From positions 310,001-374,000 of the forward strand of contig NZ_JMCB01000007.1 of the NCBI RefSeq assembly GCF_000737315.1: 64,000 nucleotides of DNA, written 5' to 3'. Source of the DNA: Hyalangium minutum. Lineage in GTDB: Bacteria > Myxococcota > Myxococcia > Myxococcales > Myxococcaceae. A program made the position numbers and the translations under genes. Below are positions 48,215 through 59,154 of the stretch, one piece after another. The stretch's first letter is position 1. Each line of letters opens with the position of its first letter. The notes beneath the pieces were generated by a model, which saw only the letters and a list, made by a program, of their open reading frames with translations, was not told where the DNA came from and made no database searches.

Positions 48215-49672
48215 ATGCCAAGCCCGTCCATGCCCCCGCTCCACCCCGCAGCGCTCCCTCTCGGCACCCCCGTGGGCCCTTGGCGCGTGGTGGACTGGGC
48301 GGGGCGGGGCGTCAACGGCGCCGTCTACCGCGCCGTGCGCATCGGCCAGGAGCACCTGCCGCCCGTGGCTCTCAAGGTGGCCGTGCTGCCCGAGGACCCA
48401 CGCTATGGCCGCGAGCGGGAGCTGCTGTCTCGCACGCTGCACCCGCACATTCCCCGGCTCGTGGACCATGGACACTGGGTGAGCCCCAGCGGCGCTCGGC
48501 ATCCGTTCGTGGCCATGCAGTGGGTGGACGGCGTGCCCCTGTATGAGTGGGGCCGAATGTTCCGTCCCTCGGCGGCGCAGCAACTGCGGCTGCTGGCCCA
48601 GGCGGCGCTCACCCTCCAGTACCTCCATGCACAGGGGGCGCTCCACCGGGACTTCAAGGGCGGCAACCTCTTGGTCCGCCGCTCCGACAGCCGACTGTTC
48701 CTCATGGACTTCGGCTCCGGCATCTACCCGGAGGCGGACACGCTGACGCCTCAGCAACTGCCTCCGGGAACGCCGGCGTACCGCTCGCCCGAGGCCTGGC
48801 TGTTCACCCTGCGGTTCCGCCACACCTCGGAGCGCTACCGGGCTGGGCCCGCGGATGATGTGTTCGCCCTGGGCGTCACCGCCTGCGTGCTCGCGACCGG
48901 CAAGTACCCGGAGATGGGCGTGCCGCTCAGGGATGAGCAGGGCATCCCGTATTTGGATTCGCTGATGCTGCCGCGGGCCCTGTTCTCTGCCCAGGTGGCG
49001 CCGCCGCTGCGAGAGCTGATTCTGCGCATGCTCGCCATCCGCCCCGAGGAGCGCATCTCCGGGGCCGAGCTGGCCCCCGCGCTGGAGCAGGCGGCGGACG
49101 CGCTCAGCCCGTTCCCCTCGAGGAACCACGAGCCCGTGCCCGAGCCTGAGCCGGTGAGGGCAGAGGCCCTCGCGGCTCGGCGTTCCGCGCCCGGGCCCGC
49201 GTGGTGGCCCTGGCTGGCGGTGGTGGTGGCGGCGGGGGCGCTGGGCCTGTGGGTCGGAGGGATGATGCGGGAGGCCTTACCCCCGGCTCGCGCAGTGTCT
49301 CCGGAGGCCGCGCAAGCCGCGCACTCGCGAGCCGCGCCGGGAGCGCCAGAGACAGAGACGGCAGGGCTCGGGGAGGCGGCGGGCTCCACTTCGCTGGAGC
49401 ATGCCTCTCCGTCCGGCTCGGAGCGGGCGGTGGCGGAGAGTCTCCCCGAGCTCTCCGAGGGACAGGCTCAGCCCGACAAGAAAGGCCGGTGCCCTCACCC
49501 CCAGCAAGTGGTGCTCAACGGAGGCTGCTGGGTGCGCATGAAGGTGAGCCGCGAGGCGTGCGACGTCTTCGGCGATGGCCAGATGTACCAGCAGGCGTGC
49601 TACGTGCCGGTGTTTCCCGGCAAGCGTGGCCGCCCGTCCACCTCCGGCGAGGGCCGCCCCCGGCCGCAGTGA
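48215..49672 (+). CDS. Membrane-anchored Ser/Thr protein kinase
   Basis: GRGVNGAVY, VALK, HRDFKGGN, DFG, PGTPAYRSPE; TM segment WWPWLAVVV...; C-terminal CP...NGGCW Cys motif. Confidence 0.92.
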   Translation: MPSPSMPPLHPAALPLGTPVGPWRVVDWAGRGVNGAVYRAVRIGQEHLPPVALKVAVLPEDPRYGRERELLSRTLHPHIPRLVDHGHWVSPSGARHPFVAMQWVDGVPLYEWGRMFRPSAAQQLRLLAQAALTLQYLHAQGALHRDFKGGNLLVRRSDSRLFLMDFGSGIYPEADTLTPQQLPPGTPAYRSPEAWLFTLRFRHTSERYRAGPADDVFALGVTACVLATGKYPEMGVPLRDEQGIPYLDSLMLPRALFSAQVAPPLRELILRMLAIRPEERISGAELAPALEQAADALSPFPSRNHEPVPEPEPVRAEALAARRSAPGPAWWPWLAVVVAAGALGLWVGGMMREALPPARAVSPEAAQAAHSRAAPGAPETETAGLGEAAGSTSLEHASPSGSERAVAESLPELSEGQAQPDKKGRCPHPQQVVLNGGCWVRMKVSREACDVFGDGQMYQQACYVPVFPGKRGRPSTSGEGRPRPQ

Positions 49673-49713
49673 GTGTTGCTGGCTCGAACGAACCGCTGAC
49701 TGAGAGGAACTCC

Positions 49714-50649
49714 ATGAGGGAGCACATTCCCGTGATTCGTCTGGTGCCAGACCTCGGCGATGACAGCGTGGTGGCCCGGGACGGCGTGGTTATCTGCTTC
49801 TTTCTGCCCCACTCCCACAAGGAGGTGGCTCCGGCCATCTGGCGCGCATTGGAGACCTACCGGCGCGCCGTACCTTCTGGATCGTTGGCTTGGTACGTCT
49901 CGGATGATGGCGACTATCTCCCGCTGGACGAGAAGGGTTGGGCGCACATCCGCTACAAAATCCTGGAGCGCCAAGGAGGCTACGCGTGGCACGTGGAGTT
50001 GGAGGAGGACTGTAGCCAGGTGGGGGGCTACCACTTCGAGTATGCCGGCCTGTGGCTGAATGATCCGGAAGGGCTGAACCGGGAGGGCTCGACGACGGGA
50101 GTGCTCTTCACCTTGCCCACCGAGTACCTCTTGGAGCACGGCCCCGGCCACGTGCGCGCGCTGGCGCTGGAACTGGCACGCGAGCTGCCGTTCAGCTTCG
50201 GCTACGCCAGCCTCGCCCTCATTGCTCCTCACGGCCGCTGGTTCGCCGCTCGCAGGGCCGTGGTGCCACTGCTGTCGCGCTACGCTGGGTTGGACATCTA
50301 CAGGCTGATAGAGACAGGGGGGCACATCGGGGGGCGCGCCCGAGGCGCGTACTGGCTGACGTTCCTGGGCCAGCCGTTGCTGGGGCAGGTGGGGGGCGAG
50401 GAGGGCTTGAGGAGCAAGCTGGCCTTCCCGCAGGTGTCCGTGCAGCCGCTGGGGGGAGAGCGGGTGCTCATCACCCTGGGAGAGTGGCCGGAGCTGATCG
50501 ACACGGCTCAGGAGGTGTACGTGCTGGAGTACCGGACGCTGGCGTGGGTGTTGGCGCCGTACCTGTACGAGGAGCGCGATGACTGGTTTTCGTTGTGGGC
50601 CCCTGAGGGCGACAACATGCGCCGTTGGATCCGCCGCCTGTGCCAGTGA
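49714..50649 (+). CDS. DUF3396 (TsiV-like) immunity protein, copy 1 (no adjacent upstream toxin)
   Basis: LPTEYLLEHGPGHVRALALELARELPFSFGYASLA, GAYWLTFLG, WIRRL; close paralogue of 51542-52477. Confidence 0.85.
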   Translation: MREHIPVIRLVPDLGDDSVVARDGVVICFFLPHSHKEVAPAIWRALETYRRAVPSGSLAWYVSDDGDYLPLDEKGWAHIRYKILERQGGYAWHVELEEDCSQVGGYHFEYAGLWLNDPEGLNREGSTTGVLFTLPTEYLLEHGPGHVRALALELARELPFSFGYASLALIAPHGRWFAARRAVVPLLSRYAGLDIYRLIETGGHIGGRARGAYWLTFLGQPLLGQVGGEEGLRSKLAFPQVSVQPLGGERVLITLGEWPELIDTAQEVYVLEYRTLAWVLAPYLYEERDDWFSLWAPEGDNMRRWIRRLCQ

Positions 50650-50714
50650 GCACCTGATGGCGGGGCGCTGCCCAGCGATCTCCGAGTGCCCCTGCGGTAG
50701 CATGGCCGCGTGCC

Positions 50715-51545
50715 ATGAGTGAACCGAACCGCTCTTTGTTCGCACGTGTCGAGCGCGCGTGCCTGTGGGGTGCCAGTGTGCTGCTGGTGGCGTGCGCTGG
50801 AAGCACGCCCCATTCCCGCCAGGGGCAGTGGCGCCTGGACACGGAGACGGCCGGGCGGCTTCGCCATGCCACGACTGTGGCGGGGGAGGGGGCCAGCACC
50901 GCCGCGCCTGCCGCAGCCCCCACGGTGGCCTCGGTGCTGGTGAAGACTGCGCCCCTGCTGGTGACCGTGCTGGGAAGTGACAACGCGGTGGGAGAGCTTG
51001 AGGAGCGGCTCTGGGAATGCGCGAGAGAGGCCGAGCGCCGTATCAACGCGCGGTATTTCGGAGGCCGAGCGCCCACACGCGCGGAGTGCGGGGAGGAAGT
51101 CGTGGTGGATGGGTGTCCCCAGCCCATCACCCGGGCGATGCAACTGGGCCAGCAGAAGCATGCGCTGGCGCTGGAGTGTGCTCGCGAGGTGCTGGAGGAA
51201 TTGTGGCCCCGGCCGTTCAGGCTGGAGCAGCGCTACCGCTACTATCGCAACGCCCAGTTTCTGGAGATGGTGAGCCGCGAGGAGGAGGCGCGCTTGATTG
51301 CCCAGGGGTGCACCCGCGAGCTGTGGCGCACCATCAAGCCCGACATCGTTCTGTATCTCGACGATAACTGGCGCCGCGCTGCACTCACCCTGGACTTCAA
51401 GTTTCCGTGCCCAGAGACCAATGTCCCCCAATGGCGGCAATACAGCAGCGACAGCGCCTATTCCGGGCAGAGCCAAGGCCAAATCTACCAAGAGGCATTG
51501 GGAGGACATCCGGTCATTCTTTCGCCCAAGAAGATTACTCCATGA
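50715..51545 (+). CDS. Lipoprotein toxin with C-terminal PD-(D/E)xK (VRR-NUC/TseV-like) nuclease
   Basis: Lipobox LLVAC; IKPDIVL...LDFKFPC...Q...Y motif; ATGA-coupled to a DUF3396 gene. Confidence 0.8.
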   Translation: MSEPNRSLFARVERACLWGASVLLVACAGSTPHSRQGQWRLDTETAGRLRHATTVAGEGASTAAPAAAPTVASVLVKTAPLLVTVLGSDNAVGELEERLWECAREAERRINARYFGGRAPTRAECGEEVVVDGCPQPITRAMQLGQQKHALALECAREVLEELWPRPFRLEQRYRYYRNAQFLEMVSREEEARLIAQGCTRELWRTIKPDIVLYLDDNWRRAALTLDFKFPCPETNVPQWRQYSSDSAYSGQSQGQIYQEALGGHPVILSPKKITP

Positions 51546-52477
51546 AGAAACACATCCCCCGGATTCGGCTGCTCCCTGAGCTCGGCGATGACGCTGTGGT
51601 GGCACGGGACGGTGTGGCTATCTGCTTCTTCCTGCCCCACTCTCACAAGGAGGTGGCCCACGCCATCTGGCGGGCCCTTGAGACCTACCGGCGCTCCATT
51701 CCTCCTGAGGCGCTGCCTTGGTACGTCTCGAATGATGGCGACTATCTCCCGCTGGATGAGAAGGGCTGGGAGCAAACCCGCTACACCCTCTTAGAGCGCC
51801 CGTGGGGCTCTGCCTGGATCGTCCAACTGGAAGAGGACTGCAGCCAGGTAGGGGGCTACAACTTCGAGTACGTCGGCCGGTGGCTGAACGATCCGGAAGG
51901 GTTGAACCGGCAGGGCTCGGCGACGGGGGTGCTCTTCACCTTGCCCACCGAGTACATGGTGGAGCACGGCCCCGGCCATGTGCGCGCGCTGGCGCTGGAG
52001 TTGGCGCGCGAGCTGCCCTTCAGCTTCGGCTACGCGAGCCTGGCCCTCATCGCGCCTCAGGGCCGCTGGTTCGCCGCGCGGGGCGCCGTCGAGCCTCTGC
52101 TTTGGCGCTACCTGGGGCTGGACGTCTACAAGCTGATGGAGACAGGGGCCTGTATCGGTTCGCAGGCCCGAGGTGCGTACTGGCTGACATTCTTGGGCCA
52201 GCCGCTGCTGGGGCAGGTGGGGGGCGAGGAGGGCTTGAGAAGCAAGCTGGCTTTCCCTCAGGTGTCGGTGCAGCCGCTGGAAGGCGAGCGGGTGCTGCTT
52301 ACCCTGGGAGAGTGGCCGAAACTGCTCGACACGCAGAAGGGCGAGACGGGACCGGAGTACAGGGCGCTGGCGCGCGTGTTGGAGCCGTATCTGTATGAGG
52401 AGCGGTATGACTGGTTCCCCAGGTTGCCCCCAGCAGAGAACTCCTTGCGCCGCTGGATCCGGCGCTTGTGCCAGTGA
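51542..52477 (+). CDS. DUF3396 (TsiV-like) immunity protein, copy 2 (cognate)
   Basis: Same motifs as copy 1; ATG at 51542 overlaps the toxin stop. Confidence 0.87.
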   Translation: MKKHIPRIRLLPELGDDAVVARDGVAICFFLPHSHKEVAHAIWRALETYRRSIPPEALPWYVSNDGDYLPLDEKGWEQTRYTLLERPWGSAWIVQLEEDCSQVGGYNFEYVGRWLNDPEGLNRQGSATGVLFTLPTEYMVEHGPGHVRALALELARELPFSFGYASLALIAPQGRWFAARGAVEPLLWRYLGLDVYKLMETGACIGSQARGAYWLTFLGQPLLGQVGGEEGLRSKLAFPQVSVQPLEGERVLLTLGEWPKLLDTQKGETGPEYRALARVLEPYLYEERYDWFPRLPPAENSLRRWIRRLCQ

Positions 52478-52549
52478 GTCCCGGAGAGCAGGGAGCACCC
52501 GAGATTGACGGGCGCGTGCTTGCGCCCCTGCGGGGGCATGCCGCAGGCC

Positions 52550-52621
52550 ATGCGTGAACCGAACCTGTCTGCTCCTTCCAGCCATCGCGAACCTGCCCGT
52601 GCTCGGAGGGGCTCGCGATGA
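52550..52621 (+). pseudogene. Truncated start of a further toxin gene
   Basis: MREPNLS... matches the toxin start MSEPNRS; upstream 52524-52565 repeats the spacer 50688-50730. Confidence 0.6.
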
Positions 52622-52713
52622 GCTTCCCTCGCTACCCGAAGTACAAGGACAGGGGTGTCCCGTGGCTGGGCGAGGTGCCTGCTCACTGGGAAGTGTGGAG
52701 TCGCCCACGCTGA
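52618..52713 (+). pseudogene. hsdS: 5' fragment of a type I R-M specificity subunit
   Basis: Manual translation MSFPRYPKYKDRGVPWLGEVPAHWEVWSRPR* matches the PRYPxYKDSGVxWLGEIPxHWEV N-terminus typical of HsdS. Confidence 0.85.
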
Positions 52714-52937
52714 CGCAGCAGGCCGCGAACAACACCAAGGAACAGTTCGCGAACTCGCCGGATCTCCAGAGCGAATTGGAGAATGCCATCATCGCGGCGT
52801 ACGACGCCCACACGCTCATGAGCACGCAGGCACTGGACTCGAAGGCGGTTCAGCAAGCGCTCAAGGACATCCTGCTGAACCATGCGCTGCTGTGGGAGGC
52901 GCTCCGCGCCAAGGCCACAGAGAGCCCGGCCCGGTAG
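52698..52937 (+). pseudogene. hsdR: 3' fragment of a type I R-M restriction subunit
   Basis: TLTQQAANNTKEQFANSPDLQSELENAIIAAYDAHTLMSTQALDS...LKDILL...LWEALR resembles the C-terminus of HsdR proteins; fused directly to the hsdS stub. Confidence 0.75.
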
Positions 52938-53130
52938 GGGCCCCGCTTCTCAGCTGGGCGGGTGGGTCGGAGTCGCCTGCGCCAGGACTCCTTGTGGCCA
53001 AGTGCCCGTTTTTACAGGGGCTGTTTCAGCTGTGGCCATCCGCCCGTCGCAGACAGCTGACCAGTCAGCTGTGGCACGCCGCATTCTGATCAACCCAGTG
53101 GTTGGTACCGTGAACGTGGGGCCGTTCCTG

Positions 53131-53784
53131 TCACCGCTCCGGTGTGGGCTCCCGCCGCAGCACGATGTCCGTGAAGTGATAGGGCGCCCACGGGCCTGTG
53201 TACTGGAGCGTGAGCAACTCGAAGCGCGCCGCCAGCGAGCGCAGCTTCGCATCGAAGGCCGCCTCGTGCTCCCGTGCCACCAGGAAGGCCGCGTTCAGGA
53301 TCATCCGCTCGCCCAGGGGGCGCACCTCGCGCACCGCGGTGGCCAGCGGCCTCAGGGACTCCAGCAGCGTCTGGGCGTCATGCCTCGCCGCTTCCCGGGC
53401 AATGACGTCCTCATCCCACAGCACCTTCACGCCCAGCTCGATGTGCCCTTCCAGCTTCGCCAGCACGCCCGTGAAGGCGTCCCGCGCCGAGCGCAGCAGC
53501 TCCACCACCTCCTCGTGGCCTCGGAACGTGAGCCCGAAGGCCGCTGGCAGCAGCGTGTGCTCGCGCATCACCGCCTCCTGCACGCGGTGGTGGGCCAGCA
53601 GGTGGTCCCTCGTGGGGTCCGGCACTGCCGCTGAGCCCTCGGACACCACCGCCGCCAGCTCGCCGTCGTGCACCGTCACCACCTCGGCGGGCGGTGTCCC
53701 CAGGCCGAGCGCGCCGAAGCGCAGCTCCTGCTTCGCGCGCAGCACCCCATACAGGTACAGGGAGGAGGTCCGGGCCATGGCCAT
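53131..53784 (-). CDS. GvpL/GvpF-family gas vesicle accessory protein (short)
   Basis: LYLYGV, LAAVVS, LLAHHRVQE, TLLPAAFG, LEGHIELGVK, ILNAAFLV, YTGPWAPYHF. Confidence 0.88.
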   Translation of the reverse strand: MAMARTSSLYLYGVLRAKQELRFGALGLGTPPAEVVTVHDGELAAVVSEGSAAVPDPTRDHLLAHHRVQEAVMREHTLLPAAFGLTFRGHEEVVELLRSARDAFTGVLAKLEGHIELGVKVLWDEDVIAREAARHDAQTLLESLRPLATAVREVRPLGERMILNAAFLVAREHEAAFDAKLRSLAARFELLTLQYTGPWAPYHFTDIVLRREPTPER

Positions 53785-53787
53785 CTG

Positions 53788-54182
53788 TCACTTCTTGCGT
53801 GCCGCGAGCACCTTCTTCACCTCCGCCACCAGCGTGTCCGGTAGACAGGGTTTCACCACGAAGGAGTCGCACTGCACCTGCTGCCCGGAGCCGGGCTCAT
53901 TGGCCAACGCGTGCCCCGTCAGTGCCACCACCGGAATGTGCTTCGTGCGCTCGTCGCTCTTGAGCCGGCGCGTGGCCTCCCACCCGTCGATAATGGGCAG
54001 GGACAGGTCCATCAGGATGACGTCCGGTATCAGCGCGAAGGCCTTGTCCAGCGCCTCGGCCCCGTTCGTCGCCTGGTCCACCCGGAACCCGGAGAACTCC
54101 AGGTACTCCGCGTACATCTCCCGCGCGTCCTGGTAGTCGTCGACGACCAGCACGAGGGGCTTGGAGTTGTCCGGAGCATTCG

Positions 54183-54186
<4 letters not shown>
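53788..54186 (-). CDS. Single-domain response regulator
   Basis: [36 protein letters not shown]; ATGA-coupled to the kinase. Confidence 0.93.
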
Positions 54187-55850
<1,664 letters not shown>

Positions 55851-55854
55851 AGTC

Positions 55855-56064
55855 CTAGGCTCCGGTTCCCGTTTTTCCCGGAGGCACTCCGGGTCGCTCC
55901 AGGTGCGTGTTCACGGACTCGACGGCGAGGCGGCCACTTGGGGCAAGGGCCGAGGTTCGCGCAGGCTCCACGCCGGGCTCCTGGGCGAAGCGGATGCCCT
56001 GATCCAGGACGCGGTCCAGGATGTCGACCAGGCTGGTGCCTCCGGGATTTCGTGTGACCGGCAT
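55855..56064 (-). CDS. gvpA: Divergent GvpA-like small protein
   Basis: [16 protein letters not shown] and [12 protein letters not shown] align in register with the GvpA helices; AGGAG ribosome-binding site; ends 4 bp before the kinase start. Confidence 0.7.
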   Translation of the reverse strand: MPVTRNPGGTSLVDILDRVLDQGIRFAQEPGVEPARTSALAPSGRLAVESVNTHLERPGVPPGKTGTGA

Positions 56065-56288
56065 CCTGTGCTCCTGGCCGTGGCGGCCCGTCCCTCAACT
56101 TCATTAAATAGCGCGGTCCCCCTCAGACAACCTCAGCGTTTCGGCGGAAGTCCGCGCTTTGCCAACTCCTGAGAAGGCACTCTGTTGCCTCGGACACACC
56201 CTGTCCACCTTCTGGACGAGGAGCAGGCAGCCGTGCGGGCCGAGTCTGCTGGCTTACCAGCCCTCAGGGGAATCCCTAGCCTTGGTTC

Positions 56289-57842
56289 ATGACGGAAGAG
56301 CGGATCCACAAGTCGCTCTGGACGACGACGGCGCCCGGGCGGCGGTTTCCCGTGCTCTCTGGAGACCTGACGGTGGATGTGGCGGTGGTGGGCGGCGGTG
56401 TCGCGGGCCTCACAGTGGCCTGGCTGCTCCGCAGGGCGGGCAAGAGGGTGGTGGTGCTGGAGATGAACCGGCTGCTCACCGGGCAGACCGGGCAGACCAC
56501 GGCCCATCTCACCGAGCTGTTGGACACCCCGTACTCCACGCTCTGCTCGGACTTTGGCGAGAAGGGAGCTCGCCTGGCGGCCGCCTCCAGCCGGGACTCC
56601 ATCGAGCAGATCGCCTCGCTGGTGAAGGCGCTGGGCGTGGACTGCGGGTTCCAGCGCGTGCCCATGTTCCGCTACGCGGAGACGGACTCGCAGCTGAGGG
56701 AGCTGGAGAAGGAAGTGGCTGCGGCGCGCAAGGTGGGGCTGCAGGCCTCGCTCACGCGGGACGTGCCGCTGCCGTTCCCAGTGAAGGGAGCGCTCCGGCT
56801 GGAGAACCAGGCGCAGTTCCACCCACGCACGTACCTGCTGGCCCTGGCCGAGCGCCTCGAGAAGGAAGGCTGCCTCATCTTCGAGGAGACGCGCGTGGTG
56901 GACGTGCAGGACGGGGTGCCCTGCCGCGTCGTCACGGACAAAGGCACCGTGCTGGCCACGGACGTGGTGGAGGCCACCACGACGCCGCTCAACAAGCTGT
57001 TCCTCCACAGCAAGCTCTACCCGTACCGCACCTACTCGGTGGCGGGTCCGCTGGAGGCGCCGCTGGAGGCGGGCCTCTATTACGACAGCCAGGACCCGTA
57101 CCACTACATCCGCCCGCAGCGCATCGACGGGGTGGACTACCTGATCGTCGGTGGCGAGGACCACAAGGTCGGCACCGAGGAGGACACGGAGACGCACTTC
57201 GCCGCGCTGGAGGCGTACACGCGGCGCAACTTCCCTGTCACTCGCGTGACGCACCGCTGGTCCGGCCAGGTCATCGAGCCCGCGGACGGGCTGGCGTACA
57301 TCGGCCGCAACAGCGCCTCGCGGCACACGTACGTGGCCACGGGCTTCTCGGGCACGGGCATCACCTGGGGGACGCTGTCGGGGATGATCCTCTCGGACCT
57401 GATCCTCGGGCGGGAGAACCCGTACGCCGCGCTCTATGACGCCAGGCGCGTGAAGGTGCGGGCGGGCGCCAAGGACTTCATTCAAGAGAACGCCGAGGTG
57501 GCCTTCCGCTTCGTCGCGGATCGGCTCGCGCGGCCGGACGGGCACCAGCTGTCCGAGGTGGCTCCCGGCGAGGGGAAGATTCTCGAGGTGGAGGGCAAGA
57601 AGGTGGCCGTCTACCGCGAGGAGAACGGCACCTGTCATGCCATCAGCCCAGTGTGCACGCACGTGGGGTGCCATGTGCACTGGAACCGCGCGGAGCGCTC
57701 CTGGGACTGCCCCTGTCATGGCGCCCGCTTCAGCCCCACCGGCAAGGTGCTCAATGGCCCGGCCGTGAGGGATCTCGCCTCCCAGAAGCTGCCAGAGGAG
57801 GCCTCAACCGCTTCACCTATCACCACACACGGAGAGGAATAA
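56289..57842 (+). CDS. FAD-dependent oxidoreductase with C-terminal Rieske domain (YhfW-like)
   Basis: VVGGGVAG, GQTTAHL, ATGFSGTGITWG, CTHVGC...WDCPCHGARF. Confidence 0.93.
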   Translation: MTEERIHKSLWTTTAPGRRFPVLSGDLTVDVAVVGGGVAGLTVAWLLRRAGKRVVVLEMNRLLTGQTGQTTAHLTELLDTPYSTLCSDFGEKGARLAAASSRDSIEQIASLVKALGVDCGFQRVPMFRYAETDSQLRELEKEVAAARKVGLQASLTRDVPLPFPVKGALRLENQAQFHPRTYLLALAERLEKEGCLIFEETRVVDVQDGVPCRVVTDKGTVLATDVVEATTTPLNKLFLHSKLYPYRTYSVAGPLEAPLEAGLYYDSQDPYHYIRPQRIDGVDYLIVGGEDHKVGTEEDTETHFAALEAYTRRNFPVTRVTHRWSGQVIEPADGLAYIGRNSASRHTYVATGFSGTGITWGTLSGMILSDLILGRENPYAALYDARRVKVRAGAKDFIQENAEVAFRFVADRLARPDGHQLSEVAPGEGKILEVEGKKVAVYREENGTCHAISPVCTHVGCHVHWNRAERSWDCPCHGARFSPTGKVLNGPAVRDLASQKLPEEASTASPITTHGEE

Positions 57843-57844
57843 CC

Positions 57845-58333
57845 ATGGACGCGTTGGATCTGCTCAAGGAACAGCACGACGAAGTGAACACGCTCTTCAA
57901 GAAGTTCGAGAAGCTCGAGGAGGGCTCCACGGCGGAGCTCCGTGAGCTCTTCGTCATGATCGCGGACCGGCTCTCGGCCCACGCCACCATCGAGGAGCAG
58001 TTCTTCTATCCCTCCATCAAGACGGACAAGACGGAGGACCTCATCCGCGAGGCCGTGGAGGAGCACCTGGGCGTCAAGCGCATCATCGCGGACCTGCTGG
58101 AGATGGAGCCCTCGGACGAGCAGTTCGCCGCCAAGATGAAGGTGCTGATGGAGAACGTCGAGCACCACGTCGAGGAGGAAGAGGACGAGATGTTCAAGCT
58201 GGTGCGCAAGGTGCTCGACAAGGATCAGCGCTTCGCGCTCGGCGTTCAGATGAAGGCGGAGTTCGACGAGCTGATGAAGGGCGAGCCCCGCAACGAGGTG
58301 CCCATGCAGACGGACGAGGCGGCCCCGGTTTGA
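57845..58333 (+). CDS. Hemerythrin-domain protein
   Basis: LLKEQHDEV, HATIEEQFFYP, EEHLG, HHVEEEED. Confidence 0.9.
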   Translation: MDALDLLKEQHDEVNTLFKKFEKLEEGSTAELRELFVMIADRLSAHATIEEQFFYPSIKTDKTEDLIREAVEEHLGVKRIIADLLEMEPSDEQFAAKMKVLMENVEHHVEEEEDEMFKLVRKVLDKDQRFALGVQMKAEFDELMKGEPRNEVPMQTDEAAPV

Positions 58334-58383
58334 TGCTGAACTGACGTGCAGTCCAGGCGCGAGGGTGGCACCATGGCCCGGCC

Positions 58384-59154
58384 ATGCCTGCCACCGCTCG
58401 CGCCCGTGCTGTTGTCCCGCTCCTCCCCGAGTCCTTCACTCCCGCTGCTCGCAGAGCCTTGATGCGGGCGGATCCCGTCCTGGGCGCGCTGATGAAGCGG
58501 GTGGGGCCCCTCCAGCTGCAGATGAAGCCGCTGCACAGCCCGTTCTCGGCGCTGGCGGAGTCCATCGTCTACCAGCAGCTCCACGGCCGCGCGGCGGCCA
58601 CCATCTTCGGCCGGCTCTGTGAGCGGGTAGGCCATGGCGCCGCGCTCACGCCGGAGGCGCTGCTGGCCACGCCGGACACGGCGCTGCGCGAGGCGGGCCT
58701 GTCGGCCGCGAAGCTGGCGGCGGTGAAGGACCTGGCGCAGAAGACACGGGAGGGCACGGTGCCCACGCTGGCCCAGGTCCACAAGATGGACGACGCGGAG
58801 CTCATCGAGCGCTTCACGCAGGTGCGTGGCATCGGCCAGTGGACGGTGGAGATGCTGCTCATCTTCCGGCTCGGGCGGCCGGACGTGCTGCCGGTGGATG
58901 ACTACGCCATCCGCAAGGGCTTCATGCTGATGCAGGGGCTGGAGGAGTCACCGCGCCCGCGCGAGGTGCTCGCCTACGGGGAGCGCTGGCGGCCCTGGCG
59001 CACCGTGGCGAGCTGGTACCTCTGGCGCTCGCTGGATACGCCCCAGCCTCAGGAGGCGCTGGAGCCCTCGAGATCGGCGCGGCCCCAGTCTCCCCAGGCC
59101 CGCAAAAGCAAGCTGCGAACCTCGTCCTCCGTCACAGGGCGGAAGTCCGAGTAG
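58384..59154 (+). CDS. DNA-3-methyladenine glycosylase II (AlkA/HhH-GPD family)
   Basis: SIVYQQL, GLSAAK, VRGIGQWTVEM, DVLPVDD, WRPWRTVASWYLW. Confidence 0.9.
   Translation: MPATARARAVVPLLPESFTPAARRALMRADPVLGALMKRVGPLQLQMKPLHSPFSALAESIVYQQLHGRAAATIFGRLCERVGHGAALTPEALLATPDTALREAGLSAAKLAAVKDLAQKTREGTVPTLAQVHKMDDAELIERFTQVRGIGQWTVEMLLIFRLGRPDVLPVDDYAIRKGFMLMQGLEESPRPREVLAYGERWRPWRTVASWYLWRSLDTPQPQEALEPSRSARPQSPQARKSKLRTSSSVTGRKSE

Noticed and set aside
46600-53130. Prophage, ICE or transposon as the vehicle of the island
   Set aside because: No integrase, transposase, terminal inverted repeats or tRNA attachment site recognised; only a 5-bp TGAGC match at the cassette ends, which could be chance.
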